From Octopus vulgaris (lineage: Eukaryota), in NCBI GenBank assembly GCA_951406725.2, contig OX597819.1, positions 87,730,001 to 87,794,000 on the forward strand: a stretch of 64,000 nt of DNA, in the 5' to 3' direction. Positions 12,781 to 26,290 of this stretch are shown in pieces; within the stretch, counting starts at the first letter, position 1, and each line of letters begins with the position of its first letter. Made by a program: the position numbers and the translations under genes. The notes beneath the pieces were generated by a model. The model was not told the DNA's origin. It saw only the letters and a list, made by a program, of their open reading frames with translations, and did no database searches.

Positions 12781-14764
12781 AAATATTATTAGAGAAAATA
12801 ATGAGTGATATATTAGTGTCATCTGTACACATCATCGATTTAAGTGACACTAGGGTTTATTGATTCAGAGCAGGAGTGTAGTTATCACATTGTTGATCAT
12901 TGTATCAATATTTTCATTAATGATGTGGACCCAACAAAACCTTTAAACCTAGAAGTAAAGCTGATTAAGTATTTTCTTCAGATTTTTCCTGAAGAAATTT
13001 TTTTCTCAGGATGACTGATGAGCTCACAAGGTCAGCACGTTAACAGAGCAATGCCACCTCCATTTACTCGATGGAGGGGATGCAGGCATATCTCAGAATG
13101 GTATTTCATATACTTGTGAAAACACCTATGTGTAATCAACTTACATGGGCAAGAGAAAGAGACATGACAACAGGTAAAAACCACATTCAGAACATACTTC
13201 AACAATCATTAACTTAGCAAATTTCATCCAAATTCATGCAATAGTTATTTATATACCTGATTAACAAAATCTCCAGTTTCTAAAAGGAGTTACACAAAGC
13301 AGGGTACACTGGATAAAGAGGCCTTGATAATACTATGTCTGAAAATAAGAATGTATAGTCATGGCTGGAATGCCTTTGATTATTAGTCAGTTCAATGAAG
13401 AAGCTTATACAGTCACTCAAATGGCTAGATATAACAATTAAATTTCCTTCACATCCTATTATTATTTTTTTTTTTTAAATCGAAAGATATATCAGATGAT
13501 GTCCAATGACTGGTTACAGAACCTGTTTGACTCAATCATTCTTGCAACTTCCTTTGTATTTTCCCTTATAAGTCTAGTCAAATTGATATACACTGTATAC
13601 AGAGATGTGATTGTGTGAATAAGGAGTTCACCTTGTTATCACATACACTTGAGTTCTCTCTCACTGCACAGCATCTTAGCTAGAAACTGTATGGAAGCCT
13701 GTGTATGTGTGTGTGCATGCATTGAAGTGTGTGTATGTGCATGGGTGTTTATATTCTAAGCTTCACATTAATGATTGTGATGATTGTTGACATTCTCTGT
13801 GAACAAATCATCTGCTAGCACAGCACTTTCTATTAAACACAAAGGTAACTTTAAAAAAAAAAATCAATTACTTGAAAAACAGGTAAAGATTTAGAGACAG
13901 GAAGAGAATGCCTCAATAACAAAACAATGTCAAATCCATGCTAGTACAGAAAAAAATGCATAAAATAACCAAACAAATACATACAAATGAAAGAATATAT
14001 GCATGATTGCTTGATCTGCTAGAAATAGCAGCCAAATCTACCTCAAACTAAATAAAGAAAAGACACATTGGATAATTAGTAGTCCTACAAATATCTTAAA
14101 ATGAAAAGAGATTACAACCAGTATGCTTTTGATGATAAGTTTGCTTGATCAGGGTTGATCAACAAAGAAATTAGTTATTTTTATTTGATTATAATCTAAA
14201 GCCATTTGTTATTAAAAACGAACAACTTAGACTAAATCCAAAAGAAAGTCATTTGATTAATTGGTAAAAATTCTATCACCATCATGATTCATTCACTTAG
14301 CTTACAGACATGCTGTTTCTTCTATCATTAAACTGCAATGGTATCTGATCCTCCTTTGAACAAGCTATCACATGCCACCATCACCAATTGAACTTTCTCA
14401 ACATACTTGTTACTCTTACCATATCTCACTACTCAAATACGGCCCAAAACATTTCAGTTAAATCCTTTCTCCCCCAGAATAGCAGCACTCTAAAATTCTC
14501 TCTCCACCTCTGCATTTACTTTCCCTACTCAATGCCAGATTACTGGTGTTTGACCTGAGCACCAACTGCAAACAATCAGATCAGTCTGAGAGAACTTACA
14601 AAGGCCAAAGGTCACTGCCCCTCCTCCTCCTCTAACAGCTCTTTAAAAAATTTTAAAGGCCAAAATATCTTAAAGTTTAGAAACAATGAAAATATTATTT
14701 GCCTACATGTATGTGTGTGTGTGTGTACACACAAGCACAGAATATATATATACATACACACATG

Positions 14765-15030
14765 TCGGCTGCGGGGTCATTCCGAAAAGCTCTACCTGCG
14801 ACGATTTCATCTCAATCGAAGGAGAGGAGCTTTCTCCGTCCGGGTTGCGGATCCGTGGAACAAGCTGCCAGACGAGATGGTGAAGATGCCGAAGACCGCT
14901 TTGTTCAAAGCCTCCCTTGACCTCAAGTGGCCTGAACTCTTTACATGAACACCACCCTGTACTTAACTCCATGTCCCCCTACATGGCCTTGCTATTTGCT
15001 TTTGAGCCAAATTAACTAACTAACTAACTA
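14765..15030 (+). mobile_element. CR1-type LINE 3' end with (TAAC)n tail
   Basis: RLRGHSEKL…RRGAFSVRVADPWNKLPDEMV…FKASLD is the typical CR1 ORF2 C-terminus; tail ttttgagccaaattaactaactaactaac. Confidence 0.85.
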
Positions 15031-15036
15031 TATGTA

Positions 15037-15092
<56 letters not shown>

Positions 15093-15096
<4 letters not shown>

Positions 15097-15352
15097 GCCG
15101 TTGCTAGCCTCACCTGGCCTCCGTGCCGGTGGCACGTAAAAAGTACCAACCGATCGTGGCCGTTTGCCAGCCTCAGGTGGCACGTAAAAAGAACCCACTA
15201 CACTCACAGTGGTTGGCGTTAGGAAGGGCATCCAGCCATAGAAACACTGCCAGATCAAACTGGGCCTGGCGCAGCTTTTTGGCTTCCCAGACCCCAGTTG
15301 AACCGTCCAACCCATGCTAGCATGGAAAACGTACGTTAAACGATGATGATGA
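15093..15352 (+). mobile_element. RTE LINE 3' UTR fragment in (TA)n
   Basis: Same 3' terminus as 5381-5870. Confidence 0.88.
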
Positions 15353-15459
15353 TATATATATATATCATCATCATCATCGCTTAACGTACGTTTATGATAT
15401 ATATATACATATATATATACATATTAGAAAATATATGAAATCTTTGGTACAGTTAGGTA

Positions 15460-15772
15460 TATTTGAAAAAGGAAAAGAATGACTAGTTCAAATTCATTTA
15501 ATTTTCTAATAATTTAATATAATTTTACAGTTTGGTTTGAAGATCTATTAAGTTCTTTGTTAACTTCAGTAGAGAGATTTCTTAAACATTCCTTGTTAAT
15601 GCGAGAAAGTTCTCCAGAAAAGTTAACAAGGAATCTTTAAAACATCTCCCCATTGAAGTTAACAAAGAAATTAGATCTACAAACCAAACTGTAAAATTAA
15701 ATTATATTATATTATTAGAAAATTAAATTAATTAGAACTACCATGAAGTCATTCTTTTCATTTTTAAAATAA
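15460..15772. repeat. Long imperfect inverted repeat (~140-bp arms) within (TA)n
   Basis: aaaagaatgact…aattttacagtttggtttg…ttctttgttaacttca…attccttgttaa pairs with ttaacaaggaat…tgaagttaacaaagaa…caaaccaaactgtaaaatt…agtcattctttt. Confidence 0.9.
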
Positions 15773-16046
15773 ATATATATATCTCAATTATCCGCACCAA
15801 CGCACGGTTGCAACACCATATGGTTGTACCTCCAACCGTGCTGTTTACTGCTGTGAATTTTGCTACCAAGGTATCAGTTAAACTTTTGATTAATCTGCTA
15901 CGAGATTATTCATCTTTCTATTTCACATAAATTATATATATATATATATATAATGTACCGTTCAGTGATGTTAAGGACAAAAAAAGTACTCCATCTGGTG
16001 AGAGATAGATATTTAATAGACACATGTGTTACTAATAGTGGAGTTT

Positions 16047-16100
16047 GTACCTGATGAATATGCTTGAGTTAGCTCTCAACACATGAAACTATTAGTAGCA
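16047..16100 (+). ncRNA. Type I hammerhead ribozyme motif, stem I weakened
   Basis: CTGATGA (16051-57), stem II atatgcttgag/ctcaacacat, GAAAC-tatta-GTA; same family as 51850; lies within an inverted repeat (16011-16038 vs 16088-16128). Confidence 0.6.
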
Positions 16101-16132
16101 ATAAAAACATGTATTGTGTCTATTAAATTATA

Positions 16133-16506
16133 TCTACTACATATGTGGAAAATTCTGTCTGTGGATGTGTTTGTTTGTGGGTTTGTCAACTAACTCCTCA
16201 TACATCATTTTATCAATTTTTATGAAACTTGACACATGAGTAGAACTCATGTTTGGAAACCTCATGACATACTTAGATTGATGAAAAAAAAATCGATAAT
16301 AGGGACCCTGGAAGGCATCCTTATAGATATCTAATATATTTTATTTTAAAAACCAAGGAAAACAACCCATTCGCTCCTGGAAGGGATCCTTAATAAAGCC
16401 AAGGGAAATAACTCATTCATCTTCATAAATTGTTTGGTGTAAATGAAATTGAGTATGCTTATTTAGACTTATTTTCGCAATTTATCCAGTACAACGCTTA
16501 AACTAG
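16133..16506 (+). mobile_element. Degenerate non-autonomous Helitron
   Basis: A|TC start followed by (tgtt/tgtc)-rich 5' region; ends …caacgcttaaaCTAG|T; 3' hairpin decayed. Confidence 0.5.
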
Positions 16507-17082
16507 TAAACAGCATTTTCCTAAACAATAGATCCACTTATTTCGGTTATTTAGTGACTTATTCATGAATATACCAACACTAGTGCTGCTGAGAATATTC
16601 TCTGGGAATGCACAAAAGCCCTTTTCAGAGTTATTTACTTTGAATTGTTATTATCTCATATCTGATTAGCCTGTTATCACGTAACATGCTTCACGATTTT
16701 AGTATACATACCTTATTAGTATTTCCTCCTAGGTTCTATATACTCTGGGAACATATTAAAGCCCTTTTCGGGGCTAATTTATTTCAATTCTTACTATCGG
16801 TTAATTAATTTCATGTTATTACATAACTGACCTCACAATTTGGGTATTCATAACTCATTGGGAGTTCCTAAAAACAAGATGCTATGTAAGACAGCTCGGT
16901 ATTCTATGTAAATGCACAAAAACCGTTTTAAAGGCTACATACTTTGTATTGTTGTTACTGGATTAGCGAAACTATTATGAAAACAGAACCAGGAATTACT
17001 GGTTATGGATATATATATATATATAGTATATTGGATATATGTTATCCCATGGAGGGTTGAATTTGCAACCCCTATCTCAATT

Positions 17083-17133
<51 letters not shown>

Positions 17134-17627
17134 AATGTAGTTGCAATTTGTGTGTGTATGTGATCAAAATTAATCAGTTCCAAAAGCTTCTAACTGTTAC
17201 CAAACTTTTTGAATAAAGCACTTCATTAGTCGCTCACTTTTAGGCTACAACTGTCGTAGCTTAAAGTATTGCCTATAATCAGTAAGGAGACAATAGCAAG
17301 ATCAAAGCAGCAGACACACTACCTATGGAGAAATGACAGATGAATGACAATGGCGAAAGCCAATGTGCTAGTGCTGGAGGTTAAAGTATTGGTACTATTA
17401 AGTTGGTCGGTGAGGCTAACAGAATTAGTTCATATGTGTACATATACATATGCGCATTTACACACACAAACGTAGGCAGGTAATTATAAAACCTGTGTAT
17501 TTCAAAAACAGATTGCTCACATTTTTATATCCTTTGCTCAATGTTACTGACCGGTTAAAGTTATCAAGAAAACTCCACTCCACAGGTGCTTGTAATAAGC
17601 GGATTCGTGTGCAATTACACACACACA

Positions 17628-17687
<60 letters not shown>

Positions 17688-17715
17688 GTGTGTGTGTGTG
17701 TGTGTGTGTATAAAG

Positions 17716-18036
17716 GTGAAGGCGTGGCTGTGTGGTAAGAAGTTGCTTCTCAACGACATAGTTCCAGGCCAAATCCTTGAATGGATTTGGTAGACGGAAA
17801 CTGAAAATCCGTATGTATATATTTATGTGTGTGTCTTTGTCTAGGTTTGCCCCCCTCCACCGCTTGACAACCGGTGATGAGTTTACGCCCCCGTAATCTA
17901 GCGGTTCAGCAAAACAGATCGATAGAATAAGTACTAAGCATTACAAAATAAGTCCTGGGATCGATATATCGACTAACATGCTTCATGGCAGTACCCTAGT
18001 ATGGCCACAGTTAAATGATTGAAACAAGTAAAAGAT
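17716..18036 (+). mobile_element. SINE family A (internally deleted) with LINE-like tail
   Basis: ggcgtggctgtgtggtaagaagttgct head; tail atggccacagttaaatgattgaaacaagtaaaaga. Confidence 0.85.
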
Positions 18037-18623
18037 TATATATATATATATATACGCGCGCGCAAACACACACTTCTAAAACTATATACATATCAAGCAA
18101 CAATTTCAGTATAATAATATATTTAATGAGTTTATTTTTAGTTAGAAAGACCGAATTTGACAGATTGCTTAGATATTTGAAGCAAGCCCAAACCCTTTTC
18201 TAAATAACTAACTTGATAAAAAAAAGTTAGTAATTGAACCAACTAGAGAAGACCTCGTCTGGGTTGGGCTCCGTTTGCTAACAAAATAATATGCATATGT
18301 TTTGTGAAAGTTTGATGTTAAACCTGCCCAGACTTGATTGGATTTATTAACTAAAACAGCAAATCTATGTATAGAGAGAAGAAAGACAAATTATCTCAGA
18401 TGTTTCTTTCATATCAAAACATTAAGTTGAGTCATTGCGCTGTAAACAATATGAAAATTAGCCACGTTGTAGGTATTTTGGAAAAGACAATAGACACACG
18501 TACACCCGTGAGATAATCTACAATATCAAGGTAGAAAACAATGAAATGAATCATCAGATAGTGACTTCAGTTTACAAATAACGCGCGTACGTATCATAGA
18601 TGTAAATAAACAGACACACACTA

Positions 18624-18685
<62 letters not shown>

Positions 18686-18810
18686 AGAAGTCGTTTAGAC
18701 AATCGACAAATAATATAAAGCATAGTTAAAAGTGTTGATATTAAAATGAAAACAGACGAATCGACACAGGTGATGAATGATCCAAAGGATATATATATAT
18801 ATATATATAT

Positions 18811-18981
18811 AATGAAGAAGGCCGATTTATGGGATTACCTTAGGCTTCCCGTCCATAAAGGACTTAGCTTTATGGTGTATCATCAGATCCCTAGGTTTTA
18901 GGGATCTGACGATACGTCATAAAGCCAAACTCTTTATAGACAGGAAACCTAAGGTAATCCCATAAACCGGTCTTCCCCATT
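18811..18981. repeat. ~170-bp palindrome made of two inverted hammerhead-containing arms
   Basis: Arms 18811-18893 and 18899-18981 are near reverse complements; whole insert (to ~19047) is flanked by (TA)n. Confidence 0.9.
18901..18961 (+). ncRNA. Type I hammerhead ribozyme, near-intact
   Basis: Stem I gggat/atccc; CTGACGA 18906-12; stem II gtc-ataaag/ctttat-a-gac (imperfect closing pairs); GAAA 18944-47; stem III acct/aggt; GUA site after 18956. Confidence 0.75.
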
Positions 18982-19044
18982 TTTAATATATACTGCTCTA
19001 CATCTTAGTGGTCTGCTTCTCTGGATTTGTTTTCTACAAACGAT

Positions 19045-19084
<40 letters not shown>

Positions 19085-20175
19085 TAAGGATCTAATTTGC
19101 TTTTATTTAACCATGTTACTTAATAGTTTCCGAGAAGGAAAGGAAATATAAAGAACGAACATCGATCACAGTATATCCCGATTTTCTACTCTTGTCTCCT
19201 TTAAACCTGAAGCCTTGTAACCACCTCGTTTATAGAAGAAATGAAGTTTTCATATCGCAACATCAATACCGAGCCACTTTCTGATTTTGGTTCGCTTCAT
19301 TTGTGTTATCTGTTCCTGTGTGAGTTACGTACATGGTAGTTCGGCTGGCTAGAAATAGTCACAAATATCTCCCTCTAATCACGATACTATCTACACCCTT
19401 GCAACAAAAACACAATGGAAAATGTAGTCTGGAATGTACTATACTACGGGCTGAACAACAAAGAAAAGAAATAAAGTGGGGTTTGGCACAGCTCGACCAT
19501 AAATACATACGGTTTGCTCAAACGGTGCTGATTTGGGACTAAGGACAAAATAACAACTAATATCAAAACAGTTCTGGAATTATATCGTGACACAAAATGT
19601 TGGGAGTGGCATGAATGAAAGAATTTTCTCAAGCATACTCTCAGCTCTACGAATCAATAGGTACCGTTTGCCTAAGAAATCATTTATTGTTACTGATCAT
19701 TAAGGTTCTCGCAATACCTTTCAAATCAACAGGCTTTTCGGTCAATATGGCTGTGATTCGAAAATACGAAAAGGAACATCTATCGACCCAATAAAGCCGA
19801 ACTTTCTGGGGATGGGCACAACAAAATAAATAATTTCATATTAGAAATAAACATTATATACACACATACACACACATGTGTATATATTAGGTAAAGATAT
19901 ATATTATGAATAAATCATTCTGGAGAAAAGGTACTCACAAAAACTGTTTATATCTATATGTATATAATGTAACAAATAAAGTTTCAAATACCAAAAATTA
20001 TTTTCTCTAGTTATTGGAATATTGGAAATGAGTATATTTTGTTGATTTTTTTTTTCACAGGAGAGATTTGATTGCAAGGCTCTTAAAAGGATATATGATG
20101 CATGTATGTATAAATATATAAACGAATGTTTGTATGTTATATATAAATAGTCGTCTAAGAACCAACTGTACACTT

Positions 20176-20215
<40 letters not shown>

Positions 20216-23200
20216 ATTTATGTAAATACACGTTATATATAAATGTATACACACATTGCATATATACAAAATATACATACATACGCGCGTGTAAAAAGAG
20301 TATGTTCACACAACTACGAAAAAAGAAATGCTTTTAACAATTTACATATTTTGTTCATGATTTATGAAATAAATGAGGTGAGTCCATTAATATTACAACA
20401 TAAATGCTAACTTAGTTTAGTTTATAATATTAAAATGAATAGGAAGAAGAAAAAAAAATCAATACGGAGACTGAACAAAAGGAAAAGTAGAAAAGGAAAT
20501 TGTAATAACAGACGGGAGGGTAAATAAAAGAAAAAGGGTGCAAAAACATTTTTAAAGTTAATTATGTGAAAACAAGTAAATAAGTATATGTAGTTTTTTT
20601 TTTTAAAAAACACATGCAACCCAAAAACCCTATGTGTGTGTATATATATATATATAAATATATATATACACACAAACACAGGGTTCAAATATACATATAT
20701 CGTTTATACACACAGGATATATATATATATATATATATACACTTAAATATCGTGAGCTTTACAAAGGGGAAAGCTAGTACACAATAAGTGTGTAGTGATT
20801 GTCAACAAGATCGATAATTGAAAAGCATAAACAAATATATTATTATTCTTAAATATAATATTCTGATCACAATAATAAACTAGTGGAAGGAAGAAAATAT
20901 TGGCGATAGTAAAAATAAGGATTATATTTTTATAGTAACAGATTATATTATATATATACATATATTCATATGATTATAGAATAACTGTATATATATAATC
21001 TGATTTTGATCATTCCACTTACCAATAATTTTTTGTGTTTGTGTTTGTTTTTTTTTAATCAATCGAGTTTGAGAAGGGTTTTTTTGTTTTGTTAGTTTGG
21101 ACAGAAGATGGAATCCAAAGTCTGCTATAGTCCCTCACATTTGTCTCAGTCAAGTGATTTCTTGTACATTAAAAAAAAATACCCAATAAATTATCGCCCT
21201 TGTTTCCGCTAATTCTATTATAGATGGCGCTTGTTTAAGTTCCGGTTAAAACTGCAAGAGGTAAAGAGAATTGAGATAACGTTCTTGCAAACCAAACTCT
21301 CGTTTCTCCGTCTTTACCCACGTAATAAAAAAAATTATACCTATATTAAATATATATATATCAGTCAGCCAATATATTTCTATAAAATTTCTTCCCAGTT
21401 GCAGTGAAAGAAAGCAACTAAAAATAAACGTTAATAAAATACAGTACCTGACCACTATCCGGAATTTCCAGAATTCCGGAAATACTATGCAATATTGTAG
21501 AATACGCTGTTTGTACCCTGTCTAAACAGACCTTCTTCTCGAAGTTGGTTAATTTACATACAGTGTTTTAAATTTAGCTTTGTTCTTTACTTTTTAAAGT
21601 GGAATGATAACGATTAAAAATACTCTGCTTTAGAAGTATTTTACTTTGTACCTGAATTTGTTAAATAAAATCGTACACTTCGCTTATCTTTATTTTCATC
21701 TTACAAACATCGTGTATCAGAATATGATATATTCTGAGAATTTTAAACCGATTAATAAATATTAAAAACCTTGCTTTAGAAGTGTATTGAAATGTATCTT
21801 AAATATAATTTAGTTCTTAACCAAGTTTATTTTTATATTTGAAGTATCTATATAGACTCTATCCAGAAATCCGGGACAATTTTGGTCCCAAGCTTGCCGG
21901 ATATTTGGTCCGAAACCAAACACTTTCTCGCGATTTATGTCCCTTTAGACAGTCACGAGAACTTGCGATGATGAATTGATTTGGAAGGAGATTAGGGGGT
22001 GGGGGGATAAATAAATAAACTAGACTCTAATAGAGAGTTCTAGGCCTATTTACAAGAGTTACTTCCCCTTCGTACATAATTTTATATATATGTATATATG
22101 TATATGTGTGTGTATTATTCACTATTGTGTGTGTGTATGTGTATATTTACATAGACTCACACGTCAATGCGTTGAAACACTCAGATACACGCAACACTCC
22201 CAAACTCTGCTACTACAATAGTAACAAACTACTCTAACCGCCACCAACCAATATCACACTACCACCAGCAACCTAGTTAGCTTTTCAGAAATTATTCCTA
22301 CGACGACGTTATATACATACAAGTCACCAATAATACTAGTTATCCCACTGACCGTATCAACATCCACAGCAGAAATTTCATTTTTTGGCAACGATTTATA
22401 TTGACTAAGACGTCATGTCGAATCAAGGTAAAGGTAAAATTGAGATTTACTTATATTTTTTCCTATAAAACTACTACAATATAAGATATAATGCTCATAT
22501 ATATATATACATATAGATAGATAAATATATGAATCTGTCTGTATGTATGTATATACTAGATAAATACTTCCTCCATTTAATTTATATCTGCATGGTGAAC
22601 AAACAGTATCATCGAGGGGGCCCTTTTTCTCCTTTTATTTTCGTCTTAAAGATCAATTTATTTTATTTTATACTATTCAAATTTCATATTGTATTTATCT
22701 CTACTATCCTCTTTTCTAATTTTCAACAAGAAGATATTATTGTCCGACTGAATTTTATGCAACTTGTTTATTGCTTCCGTTTCACCTGTTGTTGTTTGTA
22801 CGCCTTATATATAATATATATATAAATATATATATATATACATAATATATATATATTTACATATATATATTATAATATTTATTATAAGCAATTTCTGTTG
22901 GACTTAGTGAGATATTTACATTTACCCCCTTTTGCTCTGTCTGTTGTAATTCCATCGTTTGCTTCTTTCTAAAATGTCTATTTCGTGTCGGGAGATTATC
23001 TCCTATTTTATTTCGTTTTTTACGATATATTTAATATTTAGGAAAATGGAAGCCTGGTTTTATCTCCCACTATACACGTATACAATAAATATATATACAT
23101 ATAATATATATATATGTATATATATATATGCACACACACATATATACCACGCACATAAGATTACATTACAGACAGTTGGGTCCGTATATAATATATATAT

Positions 23201-24163
23201 ATTTATATATGTGCGTGTATATATATATATATGTATAGATATAAATATATATTTATATATGCGTGTGTATTTTGATAGTATATCAAAACTAAATAACGTC
23301 TGTAAAATTAGTATCCGGCCTATTGTTACGTTGATTTCGTTCTGACCTGATGTTTGAGAGAGAGGAAAGAGAAGCTTTTCATAAAAATGGCCATCACAAG
23401 CTGTTGACTCAAATGTCATCATCACTTGTCGGTACTTCAGCAGAAGGAAAAACGGCGATCGTTTTTAACACCAGCCACAACCAAACCCCCTTCCCCTAGT
23501 ACCATACTCTCTCTCCAAGTAGGACAGGTCTAATTACTATTAGTATTATTAGAATAATTATTATTATTAGTAGTTCTAAAAAGAGAAGATTTATTGGCGG
23601 TGGTTGTGATTTATTGTTTATTTTAGATATTAAAACTGAATTATTAATCCATCACCAACCTAAATTAAAAGAATTCTTTTACGCTGTCTGTATAAGCAAA
23701 ATAAAGACATCAGATCCTATTTTCTTATAATCTCTGGTTGGGCGATGAATTTTGCATATATCTCTCTAGGTGTTAGATAACCTCCTTTCGTAAATGGACT
23801 GAATATGATTATATATATATTTCTGTGTGTGTATATATACATGTATATATGCACGCACTTATATATATAAACGCTTTATGTATGTGTATTTATATTTTAA
23901 ACTACATATAGGTGATTGCATGTGTGTGTGTATATATATATATATAAAATTACGTACACGTATGTCTATACAAATTTGTAATGTAAGTTTGTGTGTGTAT
24001 GTACTTGTGCGCGTATGAAAAATACATTGGTGTGACTTGCTTATATATTTATATAAAATTTATGTATGTATATATTTATATGAATTTGTTATATGTGTAT
24101 TTTATAATTTTATATTCATATATAGGCGATCTTTCGTTACAAATTTAGCCCATATATAATTAT

Positions 24164-24201
<38 letters not shown>

Positions 24202-24265
24202 TTTGTGCGTATATGAGGATATTTATGAATTTGTCGAATGTATATATATTTTCATCTACGTAGAC

Positions 24266-24294
<29 letters not shown>

Positions 24295-24299
<5 letters not shown>

Positions 24300-24455
24300 T
24301 GTGTGAGTATTCATATAACCTTATTTTTTGCGTATTTAGATAGTGTGTGTGTGTGGGGAGGTATTCATATAACCTTATTTTTTGCGTATATAGATAGTGT
24401 GTGTGTGGGGGGGTTCATATAACCTTATTTTTTGCGTATATAGATAGTGTGTGCG
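24295..24455. repeat. Tandem repeat, ~55-60-bp unit x3
   Basis: ttcatataaccttatttttt(t)gcgtat[t/a]tagatagtgtgtg repeated three times. Confidence 0.85.
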
Positions 24456-25035
24456 TGAGTGTATATTTTAGTTGTTTCGGTAATTGAACTGCGGCCATGT
24501 GGGGCACCTCCTTGAAAGATTTAGTCGAACAACTAGACCCCGGAACTTTGGGGGTTTTTTTTTTAACCTGGTCCATATTCTACAATCAATCAATCATTTT
24601 TGTCGAACCGCTAGCGAACTAACACCAGTTGTCAAACTGTTAAGGGTGGGGACAAACACAAATTTAGCTCATTTAACTACTCCCGTACGTGTGTGAATGG
24701 GACGGCATAGAACATCGATGATATATATATATATGTGTGTACACACACACATACAGGCACGCGACGAGCTTCCTATATACACAGTCCTGTTCACCATCTT
24801 CGCTCACAAGGCATTAGTCGATATATACACACGCATATTGCTTTGTGTGTATGCATAAAGTTTGTGTAGATATAGACAGAAATTTGTATATGGATTTATG
24901 CACACTCATATACGTATGCGCGTGTTCCTTTGTGTATGTGTATAAATTCGTTTATACACACACAAATTGATTTAAATACTTATTGAAAAATAAATTTATA
25001 TGCACATTTAAATACATGTGAATTTGTGTGGTTAA

Positions 25036-25081
<46 letters not shown>

Positions 25082-25934
25082 ATTTGTATGAGTGTCTTTA
25101 TCTTTCGTATTTATTCTCCTTTTGCGATGCTAGCAGGCTAAGCAAGGTGCCCGTCCTTTTGGAAACCCAATTGTTTTTCCAGTAAATGATTTCATATTCC
25201 ACATGTCTTTGAAGGTACAAGGCCACCTAATGACATGGCAACTGTCAATAGGTCATCTGCTGGCCTCGCATCTCCAAAGATGCTTAATTTTTGCATACCC
25301 AACGTGCTTTTCCAGTTAGGAATTTCATATTCCAACACATCTTAGAAGGTGCAAGGCCAATATGTGACCTAATGACATGGCAAACGGCAACAATGTCATC
25401 ATTTGCAGGACTGCCATTTTTTAAAAAAGTCTTTGCTCTTTAATTACCACATTTCTAATGAAACAGGCTGGTTTCAATTCAGGTGTGTGTCTCTGTATAT
25501 GTTGTATGGTGATATTACTTAATTGTTACCATCTTACAAGTGGTGTGTCTTGCATTTTGCAGTTTTCATGTAAGCAAGCATATCTGGCCAAGGGGAAATA
25601 TAGGTTTACTTCACAAGACAGAGCAGGAAAACCTATGTGAATGAATCCTATTTCATGCATGCAGACTTGGAAAAGTGAAGGTTATAGTGGTGATCATATA
25701 TATATATATATAGAAAATAAGTGTGTATTAGTTATGAAAAATTACCTCTTAAATAACAAATTAATAAATGTAATTAAAACATATTTAAAATTTCAAACCC
25801 CTTTGTGACTTGTGGTTCACCATGTATATACATATATGTATGTATATTTACATGTTTATTGCATATGTATTTGTGTATATATATATATGGCCGTATATGT
25901 GGCACATATATATATTTATATATGTATGTATATA

Positions 25935-26290
25935 GGCGCACGCGTGGCTGTGTCGTAAGAATCTTGCTTCCCAACCACATGGTTCTGGTTTAAGTCCATG
26001 GCACCTTGGGAAAATGTCTTCTATAGCCTCAGGCCGACCAAAGTCTTGTGAGTGGATTTGGTAGACAGAAAGTGAAAGAAGCTTATATATATGCATATAT
26101 TTATGTGTGTGTGTCTGTATTTGTCCCCTTAACTTAACGATCCGGTAATAAAAAAAAAAAGACCAGTAGAATAAATATTAGGCTTAAAAAGAATAAGTCC
26201 TGGGGTCAATTTCTTCGACTAAAGCCATTTAATATGGTGATGCAGCATGGCCACAGTCAAATGACAAACAGGTAAAAGAATAAGAGAATG
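25935..26290 (+). mobile_element. SINE family A, near full length
   Basis: gcgtggctgtgtcgtaagaatcttgcttcccaaccacatgg … cagcatggccacagtcaaatgacaaacaggtaaaagaataa. Confidence 0.85.

Noticed and set aside
13009-13060. CTGATGA followed by gctc/gagc stem (possible hammerhead)
   Set aside because: No GAAA, stem III or stem I partner.
23342-23435. Possible minus-strand exon (MMTFESTACDGHFYEKLLFPLSQTS)
   Set aside because: Weak splice signals and no recognisable homology.
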